DNA of 64,000 nucleotides. Source: Pseudovirgaria hyperparasitica. Its lineage: Eukaryota. Under the pieces are notes generated by a model. That model searched no databases and was not told the origin of the DNA. It was given only the letters and a program-made list of their open reading frames with translations. Each line of letters opens with the position of its first letter. The first letter of the stretch is position 1. The DNA lies in NCBI GenBank assembly GCA_010093815.1, contig ML996573.1; one strand, 5' to 3'. Positions 34,261-47,462 of the stretch are shown here, one piece after another. The position numbers and the translations under genes are program-made.

Positions 34261-36726
34261 ATGTCGTCGCTCGATCATTTCAGCTCAGCGACGAAACAAG
34301 CCGCATGTCTGCACTGTCGAAGAAGCAAAGTCAAGTGTAAGAGGGACCAGGGTGACGTCGTCTGTGAACGATGCCAAAATGCCGGGCTAGACTGCTCAAC
34401 TCCTGGGCAATTCCATGTCGGCAGACAGAAAGGGGTGAAAAAGTACGTCTTAATCCCTATACCACTCATGTAGTCTTCTGAGACCGAACAGTAAGCGCTC
34501 AGGACTGGAAAAGGCAGTTTTTCAGATTGAGGAAGCACTCAAAAAATCACGCAATGATCCACCACTTGGCGCAGCCAGTAACACTGAACTTCATCGTCTC
34601 CTAGATGAAGCACGATCCCGCCTGTCATCATCAGCACAGGGGCCAACAGGACCTATTCCAGATATCACTCCATCGAGACACAGTCTTGACGTAGACAACC
34701 AACAATTAGCCCTCGATGATGCTGAAAATCCATTGCAGTTGCTTGCACGTGCGTCTGATCTACAGCTATCAAGTCCGCAAGGTTCGACACAAGATGTGAC
34801 GACACCATCTAATCGAAGGCCTACTATTTCTGGTCCTCAAATCACGCCCAAAGCCCATCGTTTCTTCCGGCCCATGAGAGCCACAAATGCTAGTGAGGAA
34901 GAGCGACATAATGACTTGGATCCCATAGATCTCGGGCTGGTTACCATTGATGAGGCAGAAATGCTCACCTCTTTGTACGTGCTGTGAGCCGACTTTTCAT
35001 ATTCCCAACTCACCGTGTCAGCTTCCATCGAAACCTCGCGCACACGAGATGGGGACTGGATCCGTTTTTGTATACGCTAGATTTTATCCGTAAACGCTCG
35101 TCATTCCTACTCACTTCCATCATGGCGGCTTCGTCTCTGTTTATTTCATATACCGATGCATTAGCCAAACGGCTCTCTATACACACGAAGGTGCTAGCTC
35201 AGAGAGTCATCGCACAGAGACTACGTTCGGTTGAGATAGTTCTAGCTTTCATTGTGAATATTCCATGGATGCCGCCTGGTATGTTCCCTCAAGCCTGCTT
35301 TATACTGGGCATCATCTCTAATAAGAGCTCTTAGGGGATCACTCGGCCGACGACGACACAGGGCTTTACCTTGCTACCGCTATGAGTATCGCTTTGGACC
35401 TCTCCCTGGACAAAATTATCCTACCATCGTCTTATATAGATCGCAAAGTCTTAGATCGAATACCCAATGCCGATTGCATTGATGCTCGGAAAGCACTAAC
35501 AATGGACGGATTTGACGGTGTAGATCCCAGTACCGAGTGGGGCCGACGACTATGTAATAACAGAGAAAGGATTTGGATTGCCTTATTCGTGCTAGAAAGA
35601 GGAGTCTGTCTTGCTCGAGGCAGAAGATACACAGTTCCCATCAGTCCACTTATCAACCATTGTGACAAGTTTCACACCATTGACATTGCTATTCCTGGCG
35701 ACCGAGCAATGATATCGATGTCAGTACTTCGACGAGACTTGGATGGCCTCTTCAGCGAAGTCAGACTTCGATGCGACAGTTTTACATCATCCGATAATGG
35801 ATCGAACATTGCACGAGACATCGAACGCAGTATTGAGAAATTCTTTGACAGTTGGCTAATCATCTGGACTGCAGGCAAGAAGGAAGCATTACCACCCTAC
35901 GTAGAAGTTATGATAACGTCAGTGCACATGACCTCCACTCCTTCGGCGCTGACGATTCTGTGTAGACATACCAAGCTTTCGACATATACGAAGGTGATGA
36001 ACCATCCTACAGCTCCTCTAGAGGTATGTATTGTCAACAGTATGACTACAATATGCACTTTAATGCGATTATGCTACTATAAACTGACTGAACCGTAGGT
36101 TAAGCGTTTGTTCAGAGCGTCTGCTCTGTCTTCAGCGCTCAATGTCATGCGGGCCGTCGTCCAAAGTAGCTCGCAGCTAGCATCAATGCCGAACAATACA
36201 TGTATCATGTTAGCATTTGCGTATGTCATACAATTCTTGCAGCTGAGAACTGAGCTTACATCAAATCAGGGCCTGCATGGCGCTCAACCTATGCACTGGG
36301 CCGTCTTCCGGAGGTGCGAATCTCGCCCCAAGTATCGCACAGCTCATCGAAGAGGCCGCAGACGTTTTGGAGCGTCTGGGAACTACCCCAAAGCATAGGA
36401 GAGGTCAATCTGTGTACTACGGAGAATATCTTCGTGACCTAGTGCGTCAAGCGCCAGTTCCTCTTCCTGCCACAGCGCCACCTCCAGCTGAAAATCCTAA
36501 GCATGCGGCCCAGACGATGGAGACAGTTTTCAGTAGTGGCACGCAGCAGGCGTTCCATACGCTACAAAATTCAAACAACGTTTTGTGGGGAGAACCACTG
36601 CACTTCTCTGCTATGTCTGATGATCAGATCAATGAAGCGATTGGCCAGGGATTCGATACGACGATGTCTGAGACATCAGGGCTATGGCTCGATTGGAACG
36701 ATATGCCAGAGTTCGGGTTCCAGTAA
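34261..36726 (+). CDS. Zn(II)2Cys6 transcription factor with fungal TF middle-homology region
   Basis: ACLHCRRSKVKCKRDQGDVVCERCQNAGLDC binuclear cluster. DAENPLQLLARASDL, DPIDLGLV and RERIWIALFVLERGVCLARGR. Six canonical introns. Confidence 0.93.
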
Positions 36727-37185
36727 TCGTCCTGCATGAGTACGATGCGCGCCAGAGATATTTAGACTGAGCTGATCTGCGATCAAGTTACAGGGCACTT
36801 GAGAGTGCGCAAATGCTTATCGATTATTTGTATATCTTACAAATGTAATACTTATTATACTAATACGATTTTATGAGGTTGAGGCGAACGACGTCGAGCA
36901 TCGTAAGCCCAGCCAATATCTGAGCGCCATGCATGCGACATTAGGAATGAGCGGATATCTACTACTACAATTACAATTTACATATTGGCTAACTTGAGAT
37001 ATTCGACTTTGATTTTCACTTGACCACTGCGGATACTCCGTAACGGGGTTTTGACCACACTACAGGCATATAAGCCTTTGGACCAACCACATAGAAAAGA
37101 TTAAGCAATCTTACATACCGCATTGATGCCCCGTCATTCGGGAAGGCTCGATAGACGAGACGTGAACCACTTAGAGCGCAATGTG

Positions 37186-39074
37186 TCACTGTCCAAAAGG
37201 CCAAAGCCTTTCCCATTCTTCTTTCTCCTGCTCATTTTTAGCAAATTGCTCGATGATCTGTGTTTTCATCTGTGCCAGAGCGTCGAGAGTTTCATCATAT
37301 TGGTCATGCCTGACAATACCCTGTTCAGGAAATAGTTCACCGATAGAATCTCGGATTGAACTCATCAAGTTCATTCCTTCTTCTGCGCCTTCCAACTCAG
37401 CAGCAATGCGTGCCCGGTGCTGGGTGGAGAAGTTTAATGGAAAACTCTTATTTTTTGCGCCAGGAAGTGTGTCCCATAGCTTCTCTAACTCGAGTACTTG
37501 TGCAAGATATGTGGCTTCCCCGTCGATGATGATGTTGCGTGCCAGCAGAAGCAGGGAGAACTCTGGGGTACGCTGGAATTCGAACGCAGCATGGAGCTTC
37601 GGATTGGCCTTATAAACCCAGAAATTGTATAACGCACAGAGCGATCGCTGAAAGTACCGGGTCTCTGCGGCTTTTTTAGCTTCCGGATCCATGCTGTGGA
37701 AGTCTGCAGGATACTGCGGTCGCTCTATCCCGGTGACCGGGGTTCCAGCGTGGTCAATAAGGTGAGGCTGACGGGCCAGGAAGTATAGCGGAGATATCTC
37801 AGTTGATTGCCAGTCTATAATACTGACGACCTCTGCGGGGTTAGACGGATTGACAAAGATATTGGCAACGTGCAGGTCTTCGTGCCATAAATGCGCCGAT
37901 GAAATAGCCGAATTAGATGGTACTATCGCATCAAGTAAGGTCATGTAGCAGTGCAAAGCTTCAAGTTTTCTTTCGCGAGTGGGGATATAGATGCCTGGAC
38001 CATAGAGGGTAACGGGGGACTTCGGGAGGTGAGGCAGTTGATTGATGCAAGTTATCTCGCGCTTGCCAATAGCTGAGTGGAATTCAGTCAGTGTCTTCCC
38101 TGGTTTAATTCAGTCAAGTCACATCTGGTATCCCGCCTTATACTCACATGGACCTCTGTCAAGTTTGATGTTGACTCGCCCATTATCAATCCATTCGCGC
38201 CCGGGCGATGGGCCAATGGCGTATTTGGTATCAACAATGTCATGACCATCTGCATCGACGTATAGTGCATCATTCCCAGTGTCACTATCAAGGTCCTTTT
38301 TATAGTACAACCCGCCAAATTTCTTAAAGGAAATCGAATTCCAGGATTTCTGGTAGCCTGCGACAGCTTTAACAACGGCAAAACGCTCCTTGATATCCAA
38401 AGATGGCCAAATTTGTTCTAACTCGACACCGCTGGCCTTTTCCATAATGATATACTCAGCACCGATTGGGTTGCTCTGAGCCCGCGAGCTCCAAGCTAAT
38501 ACCTTAGGAACAGGGGTGCCAAGTTTCTCCCGAATCTGTGAGGGCTTTAGTGATGCCCGTGTAAGTCAATTCTTCGACGTTGCACACGTACAAACTCCAT
38601 GGTAGCAACTTCACTTGCAGTGGTTAGATGAGGTATGCCAGCATTTGGATTGGGAATTTTCGCAACCACTTGAGAGCCGTTATCCATGGTGAGAAGCATG
38701 CTTTTATTATACATGCCGTCCGGATATTTCTCGATGCTGATGCAAGACTCTGCTCCCACAGTTTCAGCTGCGCATCGAGCTAATGCGTCTACATTGAAAT
38801 CAACACATCGTTGAGACAGCTCAAACTGCTCGTCAGTTATGAAACGGCCCCTGGTGTAGTTGAAGAGGTCTCTACCATTTTGTAGACCTAGTCCAGTTAG
38901 CTAGAGACTGGGATGAAAGCAGATATTTTCACCCAGAGTTGGGGACTGCGAGATCGTCCGGGAAGCGCAAGGGCTCTCAGTACTTAATGCTCTTGCATTA
39001 AGCACATATCTAGCGATGCGTCCAGGTGTGGAACGAAATCTGGCCCAAGATGTTGCAAGATTCTTTGTAGACAT
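37186..39074 (-). CDS. APH/AIM9-like phosphotransferase (protein-kinase-like fold), probably mitochondrial
   Basis: DLFNYTRGRF, DGMYNK, VVAKIPNPNAG, TTASEVATMEF, EYIIMEKASG, LWHEDLHVANIFV and IIDWQ motifs. Three canonical introns. Confidence 0.9.
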
Positions 39075-39413
39075 GGAGTCCTGAGTCAGGCCAAATGTTC
39101 GGAACTGTGGAGGCAACTATAATATGGGCCAAGTGACTGAGTCCATGTCCTTGACGTTCTAGTCTGTTATCCGTACATAAGGAGGTGACGTGCGATTTGG
39201 TTGACTCCCTAATTATGTCTGAGAATGAGATAACAGACAGTACAATTGCAAGGAGTAATAATAGTAAGGGCACGGTTTTGCTCTACCTGGGAGCACTACG
39301 CCTAATTGGGTATAGTAGAACACCAGACGGGCTGCAGGTGAAAGCTGGATATGACAGACGCTTGCCTGGCGTTGAACACCTCCAACGCGTGTTCGATCAC
39401 TCCCCTCTACGCA

Positions 39414-41567
39414 ATGTCTTCATTCCGCTCAAGCCGTGTGAACCGCTCTGGCAGGACAACTGCTGATCACGATGTCTTCGAAGGCCTTCCTATCCGTCAA
39501 TGGCGCGTCTCCGACGTGTCCATCGCGCCGCCTCAACAAAACGAACCTGTTATAGACACAAACGCGTTCCCCGAGCTCCCGATGCCGAAAGACTCGCACA
39601 TGCTCCCTGAGCATAGTCAACAGCTGCTACGCGCTGCGCGCGCTGGAATAGCTACGAAACCGGCCACCACTGTGACCGAGGAAGACAAGGAAAATGATGA
39701 AGCCGAGGACGAAAACAAAGACGTTCCGCGCGGCTTCACCGTAAAGCGCTATACCAAACTCGCAAGACATTTGGAAGAGCCGGAGGTGGAATACCTTGCC
39801 AAGAGACGGAAAGGCCTGCCCTCAGCACACCTGTCGCATAGTATCGCAGCTCCGCTTGCGACAAATGTTCCGATGCGCAAAACCAAAGTGAGGAAGATTG
39901 ATGCAGAAGGCAAAGAGCAGATCTGGAGCGTGCTGGTACCAGAAGGTCAAACCGTTGAGGGTGAGGTGCTTCAGTCCGAAGTGCCCGCGCTTGAAGCGTT
40001 ACCAGCACCATTGCCAGGTACCGTGGTCGAAGGCGTCGGGGTCGTCAATTCAGAGGGGATGGTTGTTGCAAGTGATACTATCCGTCAAACACCACAGAGA
40101 ATACGGCGGCCGCCTCCGCCAAAGAAGAAGCAGAAGGGTCCCGGGAGAGGCCACAAGAAAGTCAAATTTACCAACCCAGACGGCTCGATCAGCGTTGCTC
40201 CTACCAACGGACTCAATCAAAATGGACTTGCAGTACCTGGAGCCGCGCCATCTGGAGCGTCACTTGGTGGAACCTCGGACATGGACACACCAATGGGTGG
40301 CACTAACGATGTCGATGACGACGAAGACGATGATGGAGAGGATGGCGATGAAGGCGACGACGACTCTGAACACGAAGAGGGCGAGCTCTCCGAGTCACCA
40401 AGCCGACCAACGATACAAGAACCACCCAGATCCCATACAGGAGACGTACACATGACCGACTTCGCGACCGATCCTCCTCAGCGGAGCACACTTCCGAATG
40501 TCCAAGTGTCAGAAGCCGCGTCACTACCTATCCCCAATACACAAGCCGTATCGACTGCCAGTCTCGAGCCGCCTCCAGGTCCCAGTCGAGAACCGTCAAG
40601 CTCTCCAGATCTCCCGCTTGCCAACAGCAGTAACAGTCAAGCGAAAGCTCCGAGTCAGCCTCTTGTAACTGCTCCCGACTCTATGGACACATCAAACGAC
40701 ACCGCTCAAGTCGCACGCGCACCTTCACGGGAACCCGTCACCGCGCCCATCGATGAACCCGCAGCGCCCTCCATCCCAGCACCTATTGAAGCCCCAATCA
40801 CGGCACCAATCCCGTCGCCAATTGTATCCCCCATCGAAGCTCCACCAGCAGCTCCCCCAAGCGCAGAATCAAATACGCAACCTCCAGAAGCACCCACCAC
40901 AGACCCAGTGGTCGAAGCCCAAGCCGACTCTATAATACCTGCAATCACACTACCAACAGCTACCATCCTCGCTCCCCCACCACCCATGGAGCCCGCAGTC
41001 GACCCTCACCCTCCCACCGAACCCCAAAAGACCGAAATCCCAATATCATCAGACGCTCCTCCCCACGCCCTTGCCGTGAATCCATCACCTCCCTCTTCAT
41101 CTTCTTCCGCACCCGTACTCGCACCGCCCGTCCTCCCTCCCCCGGTACCGGCGCCCACGCCTATAGAACCCCCCCGCGAGACTATTTCCGCACCTCCACC
41201 TCCACCTCCACCGCACCTCTCACCCGCAGAACCAATCGAACCCGTCGTCCATCCCGATCCTACTCCTGCAGCTGCGTCGCCACTGCCACCACCACCACCG
41301 CCGCCGCATCAGCAGACATCAACACAAGCACAAGCACAAGAACAAGCACAAGCACAAGAACAAGACCAAGCACAAGAACAAGCACAACAACAAATACAAG
41401 AACAAGAACAAGTACAACCCGTCCTTCCCGAGCCATCGTCCTCTTCCGCCGCTGCACCGCCGAAAGATGCAGGAAATGCGGGAGAGGCAGGAGATGGAAC
41501 GGATGAGCGCTTTCCAGACGGCGAACCGGATTTGCTGGGCAGTTTGGAGAGACATCTTGAGGAGTAG
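39414..41567 (+). CDS. Fungal Pro-rich/acidic disordered protein, probably nuclear
   Basis: Intronless. N-terminal HDVFEGLPIRQW..PELPMPKDSHML..LLRAARAG, basic PPPPKKKQKGPGRGHKK, acidic tract, C-terminal PDLLGSLERHL. Function not assignable from sequence. Confidence 0.85.
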   Translation: MSSFRSSRVNRSGRTTADHDVFEGLPIRQWRVSDVSIAPPQQNEPVIDTNAFPELPMPKDSHMLPEHSQQLLRAARAGIATKPATTVTEEDKENDEAEDENKDVPRGFTVKRYTKLARHLEEPEVEYLAKRRKGLPSAHLSHSIAAPLATNVPMRKTKVRKIDAEGKEQIWSVLVPEGQTVEGEVLQSEVPALEALPAPLPGTVVEGVGVVNSEGMVVASDTIRQTPQRIRRPPPPKKKQKGPGRGHKKVKFTNPDGSISVAPTNGLNQNGLAVPGAAPSGASLGGTSDMDTPMGGTNDVDDDEDDDGEDGDEGDDDSEHEEGELSESPSRPTIQEPPRSHTGDVHMTDFATDPPQRSTLPNVQVSEAASLPIPNTQAVSTASLEPPPGPSREPSSSPDLPLANSSNSQAKAPSQPLVTAPDSMDTSNDTAQVARAPSREPVTAPIDEPAAPSIPAPIEAPITAPIPSPIVSPIEAPPAAPPSAESNTQPPEAPTTDPVVEAQADSIIPAITLPTATILAPPPPMEPAVDPHPPTEPQKTEIPISSDAPPHALAVNPSPPSSSSSAPVLAPPVLPPPVPAPTPIEPPRETISAPPPPPPPHLSPAEPIEPVVHPDPTPAAASPLPPPPPPPHQQTSTQAQAQEQAQAQEQDQAQEQAQQQIQEQEQVQPVLPEPSSSSAAAPPKDAGNAGEAGDGTDERFPDGEPDLLGSLERHLEE
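41325..41411 (+). repeat. Coding hexamer repeat (CAAGCA/CAAGAA)n encoding a QA/QE run
   Basis: caagcacaagcacaagaacaagca... translates to QAQAQEQAQAQEQDQAQEQAQQQIQEQEQ. Confidence 0.9.
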
Positions 41568-41814
41568 TGAGCGGTGGTGGTGGTGGGTTGGTATTGGATG
41601 GCTTGGATGTTGATATTTACAGTAGATGAAGAGGACAAGGCAGGTGCAGTGGGCCGCTCTTGCTTGTGACGGGATGAGATGGACTGGTATGGACGACTTC
41701 CAGTTTGGGGAAGAAGAGAAATGACCTCAGCACACACGTACGCAACGCACGCACGCACGCACGATAGTAGAGAGCGTCGACCTTTTTGTAAAATTTTGAA
41801 AAATATTTATTGGT

Positions 41815-41863
41815 TGATTGACTGACTGATTGATTGATTGATTGATTGATTGATATATATATA
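41815..41863. repeat. (TGAY)n tetramer microsatellite followed by (AT)n, between converging 3' ends
   Basis: tgattgactgactgattgattgattgattgattgattgatatatatata. A (CATC)n tract lies nearby at about 42037-42072. Confidence 0.9.
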
Positions 41864-42182
41864 AATCTTGAGCAACATTACGACTTTCGTAGCTTCGTGT
41901 AGGTAACTTGTAGGTGAACAAGCATGCCGCCCAGTCATTCATGTATGATACGTATGGATGTGAGACATTGAAGAGAGCATGAAAGAGCCTACAAGACTTC
42001 CGTGCGCGTCCCAGCGTAGACGCAATACGCATCTGTCCATCCATCCATCCATCCGTCCATCCGTCCATCCATCGCACAATACATAACCCCGCCGTCCGCT
42101 CTCGTCGTCGTGCACGCACATGGAAGCCAGCCTTCCAAAAACCATCACAGCGCATGGCTAAACCAACGATATACATCCAGTT

Positions 42183-43868
42183 CTACGACTCGCGCCGTGA
42201 TACCCAGCCTATGATGCCGTTCACGCGCGCAGTGGCAGGAACCATTGCATCGGCGATACAATCAACGTCCTGCGCGCCGACGTCGTCCTTGAACTTGACG
42301 TCGTAGCGCAGCACGAGCGCTGCAAAGGCCGTGTATATTTCTGCCCAGGCGACGCTGTTGGGGAGGAGGGGAGTTAGCTTTTGGTCTTTTTAAAAAGGTG
42401 TTGTGTGTCTGTCTGTATAACACTGACGGTGTATGTGTATATGTGGAAAGGGGGCGCGACTCACTGCATGCCGATACATATCCGCGTGCCTCTGCCGAAG
42501 CCCGCCCAGAACGGCTTCTTCTCGCCGGGCTTGACGAGCCAGCGCTCTGGGTCGAAGCGTTTGGGATCAGCGTGGATGCTGGGGTCCATGTGCATGTTGT
42601 AGATAGTCATGCTGACGGGCGTGCCGGCGGGGATCTTGAAGCTGTCGGCGTATACGATGTCGCGATCAGGGGCGATGCGGGCGGCGCGCGTGACGAGGCC
42701 GGGGCTCAGGCGCATGCCTTCTGTCAGGACGGCGGTGAGGTAGGGTAATTGTTCGAGTTTGGAGACGGGGTCGGAGAGCGGGTCGACGGCGGAGTCGAGG
42801 AGTTCGGCGCGGAGGGTGTGGAGGATGGAGGGCGTGGTGTAGACGTGGTAGAGCATCATGCGCAGCACGCTGGAGCTTGTTTCGGTGCCGGCACCGACGA
42901 AGACGGAGATGTCCTGCTGGATGCGCATGGGCAGTTTTTCCTCGGGCGGGAGGTCGGAGTCGAGGATGACGTCGATTGCGTTGCGGGCGGCCTTGTTGTC
43001 GGATTGGGCGGCGGTGCCGTGTGTGGTGATGGTGTTGGAGACGATGCTGCGGATTTCGCTGGCGAACTTGAACCATTCCACGAAGGCTGGGTCGGTCTTC
43101 TGCATGAATCTGCTGGGGATCTTCTTCATGAGCTTCATGTAGCCGCGGATGTGCTTTGAGACGCGCCAGATTGCGCCGCCACTCTGGCCGACTTTTGTCA
43201 TTGTCACGTTGAAGGTAGGGTGTTGGAGGAGGCCGTAGGACTTGCCCAGGACAAAGTCTGTAGCGACATCGTATGCCAGTGCTGTGAGTGCTCCACCGAT
43301 GTTGACTGTTGAGCCTGCGGCTGCGGATTCGTCGAGGCGGTCGAGGAGCTCCTTGACGTGTCCTTGGATCATGCCATGCTTGCGGGCGACGCTGGCTTTG
43401 GAGAAGTATGGGTTTACCGGGACGCGACGGCGCCTGTGTAAATCGTGGTCGACGGTGTGGATCGTGGCTCCAGGGCCGTTCAGCGCATCCCAAGCCCAGC
43501 CGTACTTGTTCCAACGGCCATCTTGGCGATAGAGCTTCTCGTAGAAAGCAGGATCGTGAATGTGGATCTCATAGGGACTGATGCGTACGATAGGACCTGT
43601 AGAACGACTCGAGTGTTAGCAGAGTGTTGCGAATGTTCTGAAAGTGGGCATCTCGGCTCTGACCGTATTTCGCATGCAGCTCGCGGAGCTTGAAAGTGTA
43701 TTGACCCTTCTTGACTACGTCATAGTAGGCCTCATAGTATCTTGTGATCGCGGCGATTTTAGGACCTGGAATTCTCGAGAGCGGGTCGAGGAATAGACGG
43801 TAGAAAGCAAGAGCTATGAAATAGAAAGGAAACGACAGCAGTAGGATCTGTATGACTGTGACGATCAT
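42183..43868 (-). CDS. Cytochrome P450 (trichodiene-oxygenase-like class)
   Basis: N-terminal anchor, PLSRIPGPKIAA, I-helix VGAGTET, EGMR, FDPERW, heme loop FGRGTRICIGMH. Two introns. Last exon ends at the stop at 42183-42185. Confidence 0.95.
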
Positions 43869-44868
43869 GTTGAAGGTGTTGTCAAGCTTGAGCAAAGGAT
43901 CAATTCGAGAGTTCAGCCATGCAAGCTTAATGACAATGAAATGCGTGACTTGCGCGGCGCGTGAAGGGTAATTCAGCACTGCTGTTGATCACAAATGTCG
44001 CACGCAAACATGTAGAGCTATAACATACAATTGACGATTACGATACTACGCGTGTCCCACCACACACACACTAAGGTCCATATCGAGATCTGAGTACCCG
44101 TGGACCTGTATAGACTAGACTAGGCAAAGTAAGCAGCTATTCACGGGCGCTAATACGACGATGCGTGATAAGACGACGCTGCATGGGCCGATATATGCAC
44201 ACTTTCGCACACCTGCACAGGGCCCTAGCATGTTACAAATCGCTACATGCACACGCACATAAATACATACATCTGAGTATCAATGCTGAGTCATGGTGTA
44301 TTGATCTGCGGCTTGGGATCTTATTGCGTAAGGCGGTTGTGGCACACTGACTCCAAGCTGGCGGGAGAATCTGCACGGGTAGGCGCAGATGTCAGACCGG
44401 TATGACGAGATGGGCGTAAAAAGTGGGTCGTCACTGCCAGACTATCAGAGTGTGTCACTGCACTATTTCTGTGCGCGTCACCTGACTCGAACTCGATTGG
44501 ACTTGTCCTGCTCCGTATCCAGTACTAAGCATGGGTAAGACAACCTTGAACAACTGGAGACCCGTCGGAAGCTCCCATCCCGCCACTGCGCTCAATGGCG
44601 TCGATAAGCATGCATGCCTAGAATTACTATTACCATCGTTATTATCATTAGATACTGCCGGGCCAAGCAAGTCCTGTTTTTGATTCATTTGCTCACGTCA
44701 TAATAAGTGAGGAGGTGCGCTGGCTGCTGCTGGAGTAGAGGCTCCAGCTGGCGATTCATGCATGCTCTATGCATTGCACTGCCCAGAAGAAAGTTGCAAG
44801 TCATATGTAATTCTATCGTTAACTATAAACAGAAATGAAGAAAAAAAATTAAACCTCTGCACCATTGT

Positions 44869-46116
44869 CTAGCGTCCATCGCCGACAGATGACACCGCGT
44901 ATCCATCTGTGTGCACAATGTCCTTGTGTGACGAGTTGTTGTGATGGACCGAGTCTAGAGGAGCAGGCGAGTCGCTGCGCGTCCCGCCGAATCTGCCCGA
45001 GGTAGGCCGCACACCGAGTGCGAGGTAGGAGTCTTGGCTGCTGGTCGCGCTGAACTTCTCCTTTGACTTGCTGAATATTGATGAGCCAAATGAGCGGATC
45101 GATGCCAGGTTGATCCTCATAATCAGCGATGCGAACGTGGGCACGGAGCCGAGGATGATGACGAGACATTGCTCAGCCACGGCCCATGGCAGGGATTGGA
45201 CTGCGTGGTACTGCGCGTCGGTCTGTTCGCCTGTCGGAGGCTGCGAGAGCACAGTCTTCATGATCGATGCTAGCGCTGTGACCAGGGAGAAGGCCATGAT
45301 GGTGGCAAGACCAATCTTCTTCTTCAGCGGCATCTGTAGTTTCCAGATGATGGCGATGGGGAAGAACGTGTATGTGATGTCTGAGAAGGAGAACATAGCT
45401 GTTACGACGTGTTAGCCTGTGGCTGGTTCAGATGGCCATCTTGATGCGACTCACATTGCACCAGATATGACGAATATAGCTGAATGTTAGGGTTCCATCG
45501 TTTCGCCGGAATCAAGGGGTTCCATAGAGCTTCGACAGGATCTGACTGCGCAAAGATGATGATGATAACCATGATGCCTCCGATGCTCTGCAAGATCGTA
45601 AAAATGATCAAATACACCTTCAGCCATGACTTCCGGTTGAAGATCCTGATGAGAAGGATGGTGATGGATATGCGCGCAAGAATTGAGACGAGAATACCGG
45701 GCACGATGTTGAACCAGACCCATTTCAAGATGTTGACCTGGCCAAAAAGTCAGCGTACATTCATCAATATCCAGGCGCCTGCACTCACTAATTGATTGTA
45801 CGTGAGGTCCAAGTCATGTTTTCCCATTCCATAGGAATATGACACTGTGATGAACGCCTGAGCTGTAATCTGGAGCACCTGCGGAAGTCCGATTAATTGC
45901 TTATTTCTGCTCCAAAGTAGACTAATCACCTACTGTCGCTGCCAACATTATCCAGTCGTCCAGACCTGGACTACTCGGCGCTCTGCTGCGCACGTAGAAT
46001 CGGAATGCTATCACGGGTATACACAGTCCGGTCAACATCCACGTCGTCCCGATGATCAACGGTCCTTTCCCAGGATCGCTGGGATTCACCGGTGGTGGAA
46101 GCATGCTCGGATCCAT
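44869..46116 (-). CDS. PTH11-like integral membrane protein (fungal rhodopsin-like domain, no CFEM)
   Basis: RFYVR..GLDDWIM, YGMGKH, ARISITILLIRIF, SDITYTFFP..IWKLQMPLKKK and EQCLVIILGSVP motifs. Three introns. Confidence 0.9.
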
Positions 46117-46132
46117 TGCGAAGGGAGACCAG

Positions 46133-46133
<1 letters not shown>

Positions 46134-46180
<47 letters not shown>
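46134..46180. repeat. (TG)~23 dinucleotide microsatellite, 17 bp upstream of the PTH11-like ATG
   Basis: Perfect tgtgtg run read directly. Confidence 0.97.
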
Positions 46181-46181
<1 letters not shown>

Positions 46182-47462
46182 GTGGAATTACGAATCGAAC
46201 GATCAGACGGCGACGTCGAAAGTCGGAAGCTCTTTCAAAAGCAACGCATACGTGGATCAAGAACTTGAGATCGTAGGGCGATAGAGCACGTCCCCAGTAC
46301 TGCCTTATAAGAAGCGCGCTTGAAATCGCACCGTATGAAAGAACGTAAAAGGCGCTATAGATATCGACGGTCTCTGAGCGATATCTGGGCTAAATGATGC
46401 TAGGTTGGCGCGGGGCGGGGCGGGCTCGGTGCGTGTGATATGATTAACGTCTCACTACGAAATTAATTAAGGAGCCAGCATCATCCCCGACTAGAGATAG
46501 TTTACGCCGTCTGTAATAACATTGGCGGATAATTGTTTAGAGACATCTAAGCTTGGAAATGATAGGTCATCGAAGACAAAGGATCAGGTCTAGTTCTTTG
46601 TTTAGTGGTAGGTATACCTAGTTATATAGAGAAACACCCAAGCTCTTCTAGTCATAGGTCCTAGTTATCCTCAGCATCACACACTACTCGCTTTAGTAAG
46701 TCCTGGCTCACCAGGAGTACAGATGGATGACTCATCTTCCCAATACATGATAATACATGAAAATACATATATAGACGACTGTATTTCCAAGCCCCTTTGC
46801 AGTGGAATCCGCATCCTCACGCAGGGGCTACCCCACTCATTACTGCAACAATCCCTGACCTGAGAAGTGTTACAACTAATGCGCAATTGATGCTGGATGT
46901 TCCAGGGGGTTCACAGGACGATCAGAGAGTCCCCCGACAGACAGGAAATGTCGCGCTTCAGAATGAGGGACAGTCGATTGCGCCACTGACTGCCCTATTA
47001 TATACAGACGATATGACACGCATAGATGGTGTTTGGGTGAATGAGCCTCTGATCGGCTTCCTACGCCTCCATTTCTGCTGTCGGTCGAGAGATAGCCGTA
47101 ACGTTAGTCGTCGCATCTTGTGGATGATCGACGATTCACTATACTTAAGGTAGTAACCATAAGATGTCAGTGGGGTCACTGGTGTGGCCGCTGCCACTGT
47201 GTGTGTCTGTGTGTGTGGCGTGGCACCAGCCCGCCCGGCCGTGGCCCGCCCCCGCCACATTCTGGCTTCAGTTTGCGCGATGGAGCAGCATCAGCCTTAG
47301 ACCTGTATGACATGTCTTCCAAGGTTGCGCAGTCTTTACCTGAACTCCGGTCCATTGTGTGAGTGCTGTTTTGCTGTCCTCCGAAGATACCGGACATCCT
47401 ACTCGCGGAGGATAGAACTAGAACTATACTGCTAGCTCCTCCGCTAAACGCTCCTTGAAAAC

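Noticed and set aside
46380..46800. TpA/CTAG-rich stretch (similar one at about 26500-27400) suggestive of a RIP-mutated repeat relic
   Set aside because: No terminal repeats, second copy or transposase remnants are visible, and RIP indices were not computed.
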